Assembly: GCA_035309485.1 (NCBI GenBank)
Contig: DATGFC010000041.1
Location: 5,426 to 69,425, forward strand
From: Candidatus Sulfotelmatobacter sp.
GTDB taxonomy: Bacteria > Acidobacteriota > Terriglobia > Terriglobales > Acidobacteriaceae
Direction: 5' to 3'
Length of the DNA stretch: 64,000 bases
Shown: positions 55,559 through 64,000 of the stretch, piece after piece
Numbering within the stretch: the stretch's first letter is position 1
Layout of the letters: each line of letters begins with the position of its first letter
Notes under the pieces: model-generated
The model's database searches: none
What the model was told of the DNA's origin: nothing
Seen by the model: only the letters and a program-made list of their open reading frames with translations
Made by a program: the position numbers and the translations under genes

Positions 55559-56791
55559 ATGCACGCCGAACTTTCTCTCTCGGAGCTGGAAAGCTTTCCT
55601 TCGCTGGATTGGCGCGACATTGCTCCCCGCGTGACTCCTTCCGTGCGCGGCTCTCTCGAAAAAATTCTGGAAACGCAAAATGGTGCTTCACTTTCTCTCG
55701 AAGAGTGTTACGCGCTCGCGAATTCGGAAGGTGACGATCTGCTGGGATTGCTCGTGGCCGCGAACCTGCTACGTGCGGAACTCGTTGGGAACATCGTTAC
55801 GTACGTGGTCAATCGCAATATTAATTTCACGAATATCTGTTTTGTGGGATGCAAGTTTTGCGCCTTCAGCCGCGGGCCGCGTGAGGCTGACACTTACTTT
55901 TTAACCATGGAGCAGATCGGGCAGAAAGCGCGCGAGGCTTGGCAACTGGGCGCGACCGAGGTTTGCATTCAAGGCGGGCTGCCGCGCGATCTGCCCAAGT
56001 TTCATTATCGTGACGTTCTGCGGGCGGTGAAGCAATCGGTGCCGCAGATGCATATTCACGCCTTTTCGCCCATGGAGATCGTTTATGGCGTGGAACTCAC
56101 CGGCATGCCGCTGGCCGACTATCTTTCGATGCTACGCGACAACGGCCTAGGCACCCTTCCGGGGACAGCCGCCGAGATTCTCGATGACGAAATTCGGCAC
56201 ATCCTGTCGGCCAATAAGCTTTCCACTGCTCAATGGATTGAAGTGATCCGCACGGCTCATCTCTGCGGCATTCGCAGCACCTCAACCTTGATGTATGGCC
56301 ACGCGGAGAAGCCGGAGCATTGGGTCAGGCAGTTGCATCTCTTGCGCGAGATCCAGTATGAGACCGGCGGCTTCACCGAGTTCGTGCCTCTGGGTTTCGT
56401 TCATCAGAACACACTGCTCTTTCATCAGGGACTGGCGCGGTCCGGGCCGACGCTGGCCGAGCATCTCAAGGTGCACGCGCTGGCCCGCTTGATGCTGGCG
56501 GGATCCATCAACAACATTCAGGTTTCGTGGGTGAAGTTGAACCGGAGGCTATCGCAGCTTTGCCTGCACGCGGGCGCGAACGATTATGGCGGCACGCTCA
56601 TGGAAGAAAACATTTCGCGCGAGGCCGGAGCCACCGCCGGGCAGTACACCAGCCCGGAAGATTTTCAAGCGCTAATTCTGGAAGCCGGGCGTATTCCAGC
56701 CGAGCGCAACACCACCTACTCGCGCATCCACATCAAAATGCCGGTGGAGGAATTCACCGCGGAGCAGTCGCTCCAGGCTGAGTTTGCATGA
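55559..56791 (+). CDS. cofH: FO synthase subunit CofH (radical SAM)
   Basis: NICFVGCKFCAF cluster motif. The ATG at 55559 is preceded by the ribosome-binding site GGAGAGG. The ATG at 55547 is the alternative. Confidence 0.88.
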   Translation: MHAELSLSELESFPSLDWRDIAPRVTPSVRGSLEKILETQNGASLSLEECYALANSEGDDLLGLLVAANLLRAELVGNIVTYVVNRNINFTNICFVGCKFCAFSRGPREADTYFLTMEQIGQKAREAWQLGATEVCIQGGLPRDLPKFHYRDVLRAVKQSVPQMHIHAFSPMEIVYGVELTGMPLADYLSMLRDNGLGTLPGTAAEILDDEIRHILSANKLSTAQWIEVIRTAHLCGIRSTSTLMYGHAEKPEHWVRQLHLLREIQYETGGFTEFVPLGFVHQNTLLFHQGLARSGPTLAEHLKVHALARLMLAGSINNIQVSWVKLNRRLSQLCLHAGANDYGGTLMEENISREAGATAGQYTSPEDFQALILEAGRIPAERNTTYSRIHIKMPVEEFTAEQSLQAEFA

Positions 56792-57492
56792 GCGCGCATG
56801 ACGTCAGCCCAGTTCGCCCCATCGCCATCATTGGAGGCACCGGCGCTGCGGGCATGGGCCTGGCCTTGCGCTGGGTGCGCGCCGGAGAGACTGTCATCAT
56901 CGGATCGCGCGAGGAAGCTCGCGCCCGGCAGGCTGCGGCCAGCATTCAGCGCAGGGTCGGCGAGCATGCCCGGATTTCCGGCAGGGAGAACAGTTCCGCC
57001 TGCGCCGCCGCGGACATCCTGATGTTGACTGTCCCATTTGAAGGGCAGGCGTCGCTGATCAAGAAACTCAAGCCCTCGATTACCCCGGGCAGCATTCTGA
57101 TTGATGCCACTGTGCCTCTGGCTGCGGGACTCGGCGGGCGCGCGTCACGGACTCTTGGCGTATGGCAGGGATCCGCCGCCCAGCAGGCCGCCGAACTCGT
57201 CCCCGACGACGTCAGCGTAGTAGCCGCGTTTCACAACGTCTCCGCTGATCTGATGGGAGGAGATAATCCGCTGGACTGCGACGTAATCGTGTGCAGCGAT
57301 GATCCCGACGCGGCGCAACTCACTCGCGATCTCGCCGCCAAGATTCCCGGCATCCGCCCGATCGATGGCGGCAGGCTGGAGAATGCGCGCATCGTCGAAC
57401 AGATTACTGCCTTGCTGGTCGGCCTCAACATGAGGCATAAAGGCCACAGCGGAATCCGCATCACCGGATTGCCGCCCACCGCGTACCGCTGA
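56788..57492 (+). CDS. npdG: NADPH-dependent F420 reductase
   Basis: IAIIGGTGAAGMGLALRWVRAGETVIIGSR is a Rossmann N-terminus of the NpdG/Fno family. It has an ATGA overlap with cofH. Confidence 0.85.
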   Translation: MSAHDVSPVRPIAIIGGTGAAGMGLALRWVRAGETVIIGSREEARARQAAASIQRRVGEHARISGRENSSACAAADILMLTVPFEGQASLIKKLKPSITPGSILIDATVPLAAGLGGRASRTLGVWQGSAAQQAAELVPDDVSVVAAFHNVSADLMGGDNPLDCDVIVCSDDPDAAQLTRDLAAKIPGIRPIDGGRLENARIVEQITALLVGLNMRHKGHSGIRITGLPPTAYR

Positions 57493-57520
57493 CTGCACCC
57501 TCCCCAAGGAGCCTGTTGCT

Positions 57521-59071
57521 TTGAGCCAGAACCAGAACCTCGACGCGGCGCGCCAGTATCACAGCGGAACCAAGCATTCCTATGTCAGCATCCGCATGCA
57601 TCCGCATTCCCTCGACTGGGAAAATAAGCCGCTGCTGTTCAAGATTTATCCCACATTGGAAGTGACGCGGCTGCCTCGGGATTTTCAGGACACCGGGGTT
57701 CCAGCGCTGACCGCGATTGCCGCCACGCCCATTGGCGGGCAACGAGAGGCCATTCCCGACCTGGAAACGCTGGCCCAACTGCTCTTCTTTTCTGCCGGAG
57801 TCACCAGAAGCAAGAAGTACGAGGGCGGTGAAGCATTCTTTCGCGCGGCCGCCTGCACCGGCGCGCTGTACGAAATCGATCTCTACGTCGTGTGCACCGA
57901 TCTTCCGGCGAAAATTGGGCCCGGGCTTCCCGCCGGCCTCTACCACTTCGGCGCGGCCGAGTTCGGATTGCGCCAACTGCGGGCGGGAGACTATCGGCAG
58001 GCGGTCGCAAACGCCTCCGGGAATGATCCCTCGATTGCGCATGCCCCGGTGACCATCGTCTGCACCGGCACGTACTGGCGCAATGCATGGAAATATCATT
58101 CGCGTACCTACCGGCACTTTGGCTGGGACAACGGGACCATCCTGGCGAACCTGCTGGCCATCTCCGCCGCCTCGAAGCTTCCGGCCAAAGTCATTTCCGG
58201 TTTCGTGGATTCAGAAGTGAACGCGTTGCTGAGTCTAGATACGAAGCGCGAAGTCGCGTTCTCGATGGTTGCCATTGGACATCAGGAAGCCGAGCCGGCA
58301 AAATCGCCTGAGATTTACCCGCTGGAACTACCGATCGTCCCCTATTCCAGGGAAGAGGTGGACTATCCGGCAATGCGGAAGATGCATGAGGCCTCGTCCT
58401 TGGACTCCGCCGCCGAAGTCGAGGCGTGGCGCGGGAAGACAGCGCCTCATAATGATCCGCCAAGTAAGGGCGAGACGACATCCCTGCGATTGCCCGAAGA
58501 CTCACGCGTTCCTCGCGATACCATTGAGCAAGTCATCTCGCGGCGAGGTTCGACAAGACAGTTCGCCCGCGATCCCCTCACCAAGGCGCAGCTTTCTTTG
58601 ATCCTCGATCGCGCGACCCGAGGCGTTCCTGCAGATTTCCTCGATCCCTTTGGCAGCCATCTCAACGACCTGTATTTGATCGTCAACAATGTGCACGGGC
58701 TCGACGCCGGAGCCTACTTCTATCACTGGGAGAAGAAGTATTTCGAACTGCTCAAGGCGGGAGATTTCCGCGAAAAGGCGGGCTACCTTGGGCTGGAACA
58801 GCAGATTCCGGCGGATGCGTCAGTGGACGTGTTTTTCCTGGCCGACCTGCCGAGAATTCTCGAGCGCTACGGAAATCGCGGCTACCGGGCTGTCCAGTTA
58901 GAAGCGGGGATTTTGGGCGGCAAACTCTATCTCGGGGCCTACGCGCAGCGGCTTGGAGCGAGCGGCCTGACGTTCTACGACGATGATGTGGTCAGCTTTT
59001 TCTCCCCGCACGCGCGGGGAAAGAGCGCAGTCTTTCTGGTTGCACTGGGACGGAGCGCGTCGCGGAAGTAA
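57521..59071 (+). CDS. SagB/ThcOx-type two-domain nitroreductase-family dehydrogenase
   Basis: TTG start with the ribosome-binding site aaggag. It contains YHSGTKHSY, ACTGALYEIDLYVV, RRGSTRQFARDPLTKAQLSLILD and GYRAVQLEAGILGGKLYLGAYA...LTFYDDDV. Confidence 0.8.
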   Translation: MSQNQNLDAARQYHSGTKHSYVSIRMHPHSLDWENKPLLFKIYPTLEVTRLPRDFQDTGVPALTAIAATPIGGQREAIPDLETLAQLLFFSAGVTRSKKYEGGEAFFRAAACTGALYEIDLYVVCTDLPAKIGPGLPAGLYHFGAAEFGLRQLRAGDYRQAVANASGNDPSIAHAPVTIVCTGTYWRNAWKYHSRTYRHFGWDNGTILANLLAISAASKLPAKVISGFVDSEVNALLSLDTKREVAFSMVAIGHQEAEPAKSPEIYPLELPIVPYSREEVDYPAMRKMHEASSLDSAAEVEAWRGKTAPHNDPPSKGETTSLRLPEDSRVPRDTIEQVISRRGSTRQFARDPLTKAQLSLILDRATRGVPADFLDPFGSHLNDLYLIVNNVHGLDAGAYFYHWEKKYFELLKAGDFREKAGYLGLEQQIPADASVDVFFLADLPRILERYGNRGYRAVQLEAGILGGKLYLGAYAQRLGASGLTFYDDDVVSFFSPHARGKSAVFLVALGRSASRK

Positions 59072-59181
59072 GCTCGCACCGCGAGATCGCTGATTCAACC
59101 GATCATTCGCATTTGCCCCTCACTTCATCCCAGCGATATATAAGAAGTGAACCAGCGGACGGGAAACGGCGGCGCTACGAA

Positions 59182-60579
59182 CTATTCATCAACCACCGGC
59201 GTGGACATCTCTTCCGCGGGTTCGCCTCCTGTCATGGCCTGCGCTACGATCAGCCTGCGGGCCTCGACGCGAATCTTGGGCAGTTGCACGCCGAACCACC
59301 AGGCGCCCGCTACCGATGCGATGCCGCCGAGTGCGACCGTCATGGGAGCGCCAAGGCGATCGGAGAGCGCCCCGCCCAGCAACGCTCCCACCGGGGCCAT
59401 CCCCATGAACATCATTGAGTAGAGCGCCATGACCCTTCCCCGAAGTTCATCCGGCACCATGACTTGGATCAGTGTGTTCGAGGCGGCCATCTGCAGCATG
59501 ATGAAGTAGCCCACCGGCAACAACAGCAGTACGGAAAGCCAAAATGACTTGGAATATGCGAAGAGCATCAGGCTGACGCCGAATCCGGCGCAGCAGACAG
59601 CGACCCATCGGCCTAGGCCCTTCACACCGGAGCGCATGGCCAGCGTCAGGGCCCCAAGCAGCGCTCCAACTCCCGCCGCGCCCATCAGGATCCCCAGACG
59701 GACCGCCCCCAGATCATGCGATCCGATGAGCGAGGCAAACTCCTGGCCGCCGTTGCGCAGAATTTTGTCTGCAAAAATCGGCATCAGTACGACGTAGGGC
59801 ATTCCTGTCACGCTGACTAGTCCCAGCAGAATCAGCAACGCGCGAATCGGGGCAGTGCGGTTGACGAACCGAAAACCCTCGATGATGTGCTCCCAGGGCG
59901 AGGTTTTGGCCGACACGCGCGGCGACGCATCCACTTTCATCATCATCAGGCCGGCGATCACCGCGATGTAGCTGACGGCATTGGCAAAAAAGCACCAGCC
60001 TTCGCCCAACCGCGCCACCAGTACCCCAGCCACCGCAGGCCCAATCACCCGCGCTCCGTTGAACATCGAGGAGTTCAGTGCAATCGCATTCATCAGGTCA
60101 TCTTTGCCCACCATGTCCACCAGGAACGATTGACGCCCCGGGATATCGAAGGCGTTCACGACTCCCAGCAGGGCCGCCAGCACGAAAATGTGCCAGACCT
60201 GCACTTTTCCGCCTAACGTGAGGGCGGCCAGGATGAAGGCCAGGATCATGGAGGCGGTTTGCGTGGCGATGACAATGCGCTGCCGGTTTGCGCGGTCGGC
60301 CGTGATCCCGCCCAGCGGCGCTACCAGAAATACTGGGATCTGGCTGGCGAAGCCGACCGCCCCAAGCAGGGTACCGGAGCCAGTAAGGCGGTAAACCAGC
60401 CAGGACTGGGCCACCGTCTGCATCCAGGTGCCGATCAGGGAAATCAGCTGTCCACCGAAAAACAGCTGGAAGTTGCGATGCCGCAAGGCGCGTCCGGCGG
60501 CCTGCCAACTCACTCTCGGCGGCTCTGACTGAGCGCTTGCCGGCTCGTTTTTTGGAATGGGAACGTTCGACTCAGCCAC
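59182..60579 (-). CDS. MFS transporter (EntS/MFS_3-like exporter)
   Basis: 465 aa and polytopic. The N-terminal LRHRNFQLFFGGQLISLIGTWMQ is typical of this MFS subgroup. Confidence 0.82.
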   Translation of the reverse strand: MAESNVPIPKNEPASAQSEPPRVSWQAAGRALRHRNFQLFFGGQLISLIGTWMQTVAQSWLVYRLTGSGTLLGAVGFASQIPVFLVAPLGGITADRANRQRIVIATQTASMILAFILAALTLGGKVQVWHIFVLAALLGVVNAFDIPGRQSFLVDMVGKDDLMNAIALNSSMFNGARVIGPAVAGVLVARLGEGWCFFANAVSYIAVIAGLMMMKVDASPRVSAKTSPWEHIIEGFRFVNRTAPIRALLILLGLVSVTGMPYVVLMPIFADKILRNGGQEFASLIGSHDLGAVRLGILMGAAGVGALLGALTLAMRSGVKGLGRWVAVCCAGFGVSLMLFAYSKSFWLSVLLLLPVGYFIMLQMAASNTLIQVMVPDELRGRVMALYSMMFMGMAPVGALLGGALSDRLGAPMTVALGGIASVAGAWWFGVQLPKIRVEARRLIVAQAMTGGEPAEEMSTPVVDE

Positions 60580-60850
60580 AATAAACGCTTTGGATGACTG
60601 CGCAATCTTTTGCGCTACTACTATATCGCGGGCATTTTGACGCTGCTATACCGCGAGTTTTCCACAGTCCGGGGATGGCGAGGCGTACCCCAGGTGACGG
60701 AGCCCGACTGGTCTCCATTTTCCAAGTAGAAGGTTACCCTTGTTTTCGAAATTTCTCCCCTTTCCAGATTTTCGGGCTTCTCTTCGCGCCGCCGGTGGGC
60801 TAAAGTAAGGGTCCGCGCTTTTTCGGCGATTCCGGCAAAGGAAGTGATTT

Positions 60851-61291
60851 ATGAGCACTCCTCCAGTTTCAGTTGAACGCCGCGTCGGACAGCGATTTCC
60901 CTACCTACTGCCGATTTCCGTCCGTCAAGCATCGGCTTCGATCGAAGGTGTTGGATTTACCCAAGACGTGAGTTCGCGGGGAGTTTTCCTGCTCATTGAC
61001 GCCGCTCTCACGGAAGGCTCCGAAGTCGAGTTGACGCTTGAAATGCCCTCCGAAATCACGTTGGGCGAAAGCATGCCGGTACGTTGCAAGGGTCACATTC
61101 TGCGTGTGGTGCACCCGCTCGTTTCAAGTGCCAGTAGCGCGGAAACCAAGATCGGCGTCGCCGTCCGGCTCGAGTGCTACGAATATTTGCCGGTTGCGTC
61201 TGAGTCGCCGGCGTCCTTCGCTCGCATTTCCACCCTCCATCCGCAGCATGACGACGAACAACCGAGAGGGCATTCCGCAGGTCGGCCATAA
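60851..61291 (+). CDS. PilZ domain-containing protein
   Basis: ERRVGQRFP (RxxxR-type) and DVSSRGVF (D/NxSxxG) are the c-di-GMP-binding motifs of PilZ. Confidence 0.75.
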   Translation: MSTPPVSVERRVGQRFPYLLPISVRQASASIEGVGFTQDVSSRGVFLLIDAALTEGSEVELTLEMPSEITLGESMPVRCKGHILRVVHPLVSSASSAETKIGVAVRLECYEYLPVASESPASFARISTLHPQHDDEQPRGHSAGRP

Positions 61292-61575
61292 TTCTTAGAA
61301 CCCTCGAAAACGCGCATTCGGCCTGCCTTTTGCGGCCTTCTTGAAATTTCAGCCCCGGTAAAAAAAATTGCGCAGCCTGCCTTCTCAACGGCGCAATCTT
61401 GCCTTACAATGATTCCCACTGACGTAAAGCTCCCGAGGCGTTTCTAAGTTGTCGAGTTCCATCCAGCCGTCCCGCATGCTGTCGCGTCGTTTCGTCCGTC
61501 ACTCGCCGTCGTGTGTCAATATCGCCGCGTTGGGTTACCGAGGTCACTTGGCGGAAGGTGGGTTCTCTTTCTAAC

Positions 61576-62841
61576 ATGAAAACGCCGAGAGAAATCAGCG
61601 AGAACCGCGCCATGCATGGGATCGCCGTTGGCATCCTGACCGAAGACCGCGAACACCTGTCTACGCTGCAAAATCGTTTGGAAGAAACGCGATTGGGCCG
61701 GGCGGTTTTCAGCCATGTGGGATTTCCGAACTCGCCCACCGATGCCATTCTGCGGCAGCTGCAGGACTCGCGTGCGGAAGTCGTGATCGTCGACATCTCA
61801 TCGGTCGATCCGCAACGCGCCATCCACGCCATCGAACTGATTCGCGCCACCACGCAGCAGATTGCAATCTTCGCCAACGGACCCATGACGCAGCCGCTCC
61901 ATATTGTGGGGAGCATGCGTGCGGGCGCAGGAGAATACCTGGACCATTCCACGGGATCGGAGGCGCTGCTCGAAGCCCTGACCCGTTTCAGTTCTTCCCG
62001 CACCCGTGCGCTCGGTGGGGCTGGCAAGGCGCCGGTGTTCACGTTTTTGGGCGCCAAGGGAGGCGCCGGCTGCACCACCGCCGCGGTGAATACCGCATTG
62101 GCTCTGCAGAAATCGCAGGGCGACGTCGTGCTTCTCGATTTCGCGCCCATTGGACATGCCGCGCTGCATCTGAATTTGCGGCCGCAGTTCGGCATTCTCG
62201 ATGCACTGCAGAACCTGCATCGCATGGACTACTCGCTGCTCGATGGCCTCATGACCGAAACTAAAGAAGGCCTGCACGTGCTGGCCGGGCCGCAGCAACC
62301 CTATCCCACCGAGCCCACGCCCGGAGAACTGGCGCGCCTGTTCGACGTGCTGGTGAGCCATTATCGCTTCGTTGTGGTGGATGCTTCCAGCCGGCTGGAT
62401 CCGACCACCCGCTTACTGTCAGATCTTTCCAACGCCGTGCTCGTGGTGGCGCAGACCGATGTGGTCTCGCTGTGGAGTGCGGGCCGCATTTACTCCTTCC
62501 TCGAAGAAGGAACCGGGCGCGACCGGCTGCGCGTGATTCTGAATCGCTATAAAAAAATCCCCGGCTTTACCGACGAAGACGTGCAGCAGGTCACCAACTG
62601 CAAGGTCTTGTGGAAGATTCCCAACGCGTTTCAGACCGTTTCGCCCTCGATCGATCACGGGACGCCGGTCGTGCTGCAGGAAGGGCCCGAGATCAGCCGC
62701 TCGTATCGCGCTCTCGCCGAAACGCTGGCGGCTGCCGCCTCCAATTCCAACGGGAATCCCGATCTTGTCTACAACCAAGATGATGGCCGCAAGAAAGCCC
62801 CCGGCCGGTTAAGCCTCTCCCCAGTCCGGACCGGACAGTAG
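61576..62841 (+). CDS. CpaE/TadZ-like protein: receiver-like N-domain plus MinD/ParA-type ATPase
   Basis: The deviant Walker A is FLGAKGGAGCTTAAVNTA. The N-terminal 120 aa have a receiver-like layout. The start was chosen at the MKTPRE Met, and the MHGIAVG Met is an alternative. Confidence 0.75.
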   Translation: MKTPREISENRAMHGIAVGILTEDREHLSTLQNRLEETRLGRAVFSHVGFPNSPTDAILRQLQDSRAEVVIVDISSVDPQRAIHAIELIRATTQQIAIFANGPMTQPLHIVGSMRAGAGEYLDHSTGSEALLEALTRFSSSRTRALGGAGKAPVFTFLGAKGGAGCTTAAVNTALALQKSQGDVVLLDFAPIGHAALHLNLRPQFGILDALQNLHRMDYSLLDGLMTETKEGLHVLAGPQQPYPTEPTPGELARLFDVLVSHYRFVVVDASSRLDPTTRLLSDLSNAVLVVAQTDVVSLWSAGRIYSFLEEGTGRDRLRVILNRYKKIPGFTDEDVQQVTNCKVLWKIPNAFQTVSPSIDHGTPVVLQEGPEISRSYRALAETLAAAASNSNGNPDLVYNQDDGRKKAPGRLSLSPVRTGQ

Positions 62842-62876
62842 CCCTTTCCTTGGAAGTGGCGCCCAGGCTTTTCTCT

Positions 62877-63653
62877 TCACTTAATAATTCCTCTCTCGCT
62901 CGCCTCAATAAACCGAATCAGCATCTCCACATCCTCGCCGCGATCCTCCTCCGACTTCAGCTTCTCCAGCGCCTGTGACGTGTTCATCTTCGACGCCAGC
63001 AGAATCTTGTAAGCGTGATGAAGCTTCGCGATCCGCTCCTTTGAGAATCCTCGCCGCTGCAGCCCGACTTTGTTCAGCAGATACGCATGAGTCTCGCGCG
63101 CCGCAGAGGTCATCGAAAACGGCAGCACATCCTGCGTGATCGTCGTCCCGCCTCCAATGTAGGAATGCGCTCCAATGTGCACGAACTGATGCACCGGGCA
63201 CAGCGCTCCCACGACAGCCCACTCCTCCACCGTCACGTGGCCGCCCAGCGTCGCGCCGTTTACCAGCATGACGTGATCGCCAATTATGCAGTCGTGCCCG
63301 ACATGCGTATACGCCATGATGAGCAGGTGGCTGCCGATCTTGGTCAGCCCGCCGCCCTTGACCGTCCCGCGATTGATGGTCACGTACTCGCGGATCTCGT
63401 TGTGATCGCCGATTTCCAGCCGCGTCGGCTCGCCCTTATAAGTCACATCCTGCGGCGCCATGCCGATCGCGCAAAAAGGAAAGAACGTGTTGTGCGCGCC
63501 AATCCTAGTCGGGCCATCAATTGCCACATGCGATTGCAGCCGGCAATTCTCCCCTAACTCGACGTCGGCCCCGATCACGCAATAAGGTCCCACCGTGCAC
63601 GAAGCCGGAACCTTCGCCCCCGGATCAATAATTGCGGTGGAATGTACGTTCAT
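62877..63653 (-). CDS. lpxA: Acyl-ACP--UDP-N-acetylglucosamine O-acyltransferase
   Basis: MNVHSTAIIDPGAKV... with hexapeptide repeats and a helical C-terminal domain. It lies downstream of fabZ, as in the lpxD-fabZ-lpxA cluster. Confidence 0.92.
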   Translation of the reverse strand: MNVHSTAIIDPGAKVPASCTVGPYCVIGADVELGENCRLQSHVAIDGPTRIGAHNTFFPFCAIGMAPQDVTYKGEPTRLEIGDHNEIREYVTINRGTVKGGGLTKIGSHLLIMAYTHVGHDCIIGDHVMLVNGATLGGHVTVEEWAVVGALCPVHQFVHIGAHSYIGGGTTITQDVLPFSMTSAARETHAYLLNKVGLQRRGFSKERIAKLHHAYKILLASKMNTSQALEKLKSEEDRGEDVEMLIRFIEASERGIIK

Positions 63654-63689
63654 GGGCCGATTCTTGCAGATTTGTGAATGGAGATAGCT

Positions 63690-63745
63690 TTCCTCTGGGC
63701 CCCTCTGTGTTCCCCTGTGCCCTCTGTGGTTAAAGCTTCTTGAAG
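63690..63745 (-). repeat. About 10-nt periodic array CACAGAGGNN x4 between fabZ and lpxA
   Basis: The minus strand reads ccacagaggg cacaggggaa cacagagggg cccagagg. Related 2-unit motifs occur at 1890..1915 and 34981..35000. Confidence 0.55.
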
Positions 63746-63747
63746 CC

Positions 63748-64000
63748 TTAAACGCCGGTACCGTCAGCCCCGCGCCCCCGCGAAGCATGCACCAACTGGC
63801 ACGAAACAATCGCCTCTGCGACTTTCCTGTCCCCCACAAACGCATAGCCCTGCATCTTCGCAGCGGTCATGCCCGGCACCTCGCGCCAGCCCTTCAATTC
63901 CACTTCCAGCCGCAACTGATCCCCCGGCCCTACCGGCTTGCGGAATTTCGCGCGCTCGATCCCGGTAAACACCATGACCTTATCGCTGCGGTCTTCCACT
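63748..64000 (-). CDS. fabZ: 3-hydroxyacyl-ACP dehydratase FabZ; partial, 5' end beyond the window
   Basis: The C-terminal hot-dog fold sequence is [28 protein letters not shown]...[13 protein letters not shown]. The frame is open to the window edge. Confidence 0.88.
   Translation of the reverse strand, partial: VEDRSDKVMVFTGIERAKFRKPVGPGDQLRLEVELKGWREVPGMTAAKMQGYAFVGDRKVAEAIVSCQLVHASRGRGADGTGV

Noticed and set aside
57521-59071. The SagB-type dehydrogenase as part of a thiazole/oxazole-modified peptide (TOMM) cluster.
   Set aside because: There is no YcaO/cyclodehydratase, docking protein, precursor peptide or ABC exporter nearby. The gene is embedded at the end of the F420 cluster instead.
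61404-62225. 273-aa minus-strand ORF overlapping the CpaE-like gene.
   Set aside because: The plus-strand frame has a clear deviant Walker A motif and ParA/MinD features. The minus-strand frame is Ser/Arg/Cys/Ala-rich with no motifs.

Overview
The window is a gene-dense chromosomal segment of about 60% GC with roughly 62 protein-coding genes. I recognised no rRNA, tRNA, CRISPR array, transposase or integrase. Several traits suggest an Acidobacteriota (Terriglobia-like) genome, but this is inference only: a BlaI/BlaR1 pair, a long TonB-like protein, many twin-arginine (TAT) signal oxidoreductases with a DUF1080 partner, and short-period intergenic repeat arrays.

Gene content, left to right:
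- A partial c-type cytochrome at the left edge, which is missing from the ORF track.
- The conserved rpsP-KH-rimM-trmD-rplS operon.
- A maltodextrin cluster: malQ, an MFS transporter and a secreted GH13 enzyme.
- A block of periplasmic TAT-signal enzymes: a TIM-barrel isomerase-like protein, two Gfo/Idh/MocA oxidoreductases, a DUF1080 protein, a two-subunit molybdenum hydroxylase and a serine hydrolase.
- A BlaI/BlaR1-type module whose sensor domain is replaced by a 28-aa tandem repeat. The next gene carries the same repeat and is interrupted by an in-frame TAG.
- aspS, a TonB-like protein, and a 745-aa protein with a divergent class III cyclase-like domain.
- An M28 peptidase, a redoxin, mutY, rlpA, a HIT protein, a DtxR-family regulator, hemL, a polysaccharide deacetylase and a deoxynucleoside kinase.
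- A vapBC toxin-antitoxin pair.
- panB and panC, separated by two small inserted genes.
- A Gly/His/Trp low-complexity secreted protein, an EF-hand-bearing hydrolase and a 3-methyladenine glycosylase.
- An Mbh-type mrpEFG-(DUF4040)-BCD antiporter operon with an apparent frameshift in mrpD.
- A Bcp peroxiredoxin whose catalytic Cys codon is TGA, making it a candidate selenoprotein that is split in the ORF track.
- A GH1 beta-glucosidase with a TAT/lipoprotein signal.
- A compact F420 biosynthesis cluster, cofG-cofD-cofC-cofE-cofH-npdG, followed by a two-domain SagB-type nitroreductase.
- An MFS exporter, a PilZ protein, a CpaE-like ATPase, lpxA and a partial fabZ.

The most interesting signals are:
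- the UGA-containing bcp with a SECIS-like hairpin;
- the unnamed 28-aa repeat module;
- the F420 cluster with its separate nitroreductase;
- the divergent cyclase-domain protein;
- a family of inverted 7-8-nt periodic arrays in intergenic DNA.

Many adjacent genes overlap as ATGA or GTGA, which suggests translational coupling. All start codons are my own judgement from N-terminal sequence logic and ribosome-binding sites, and none has been verified.
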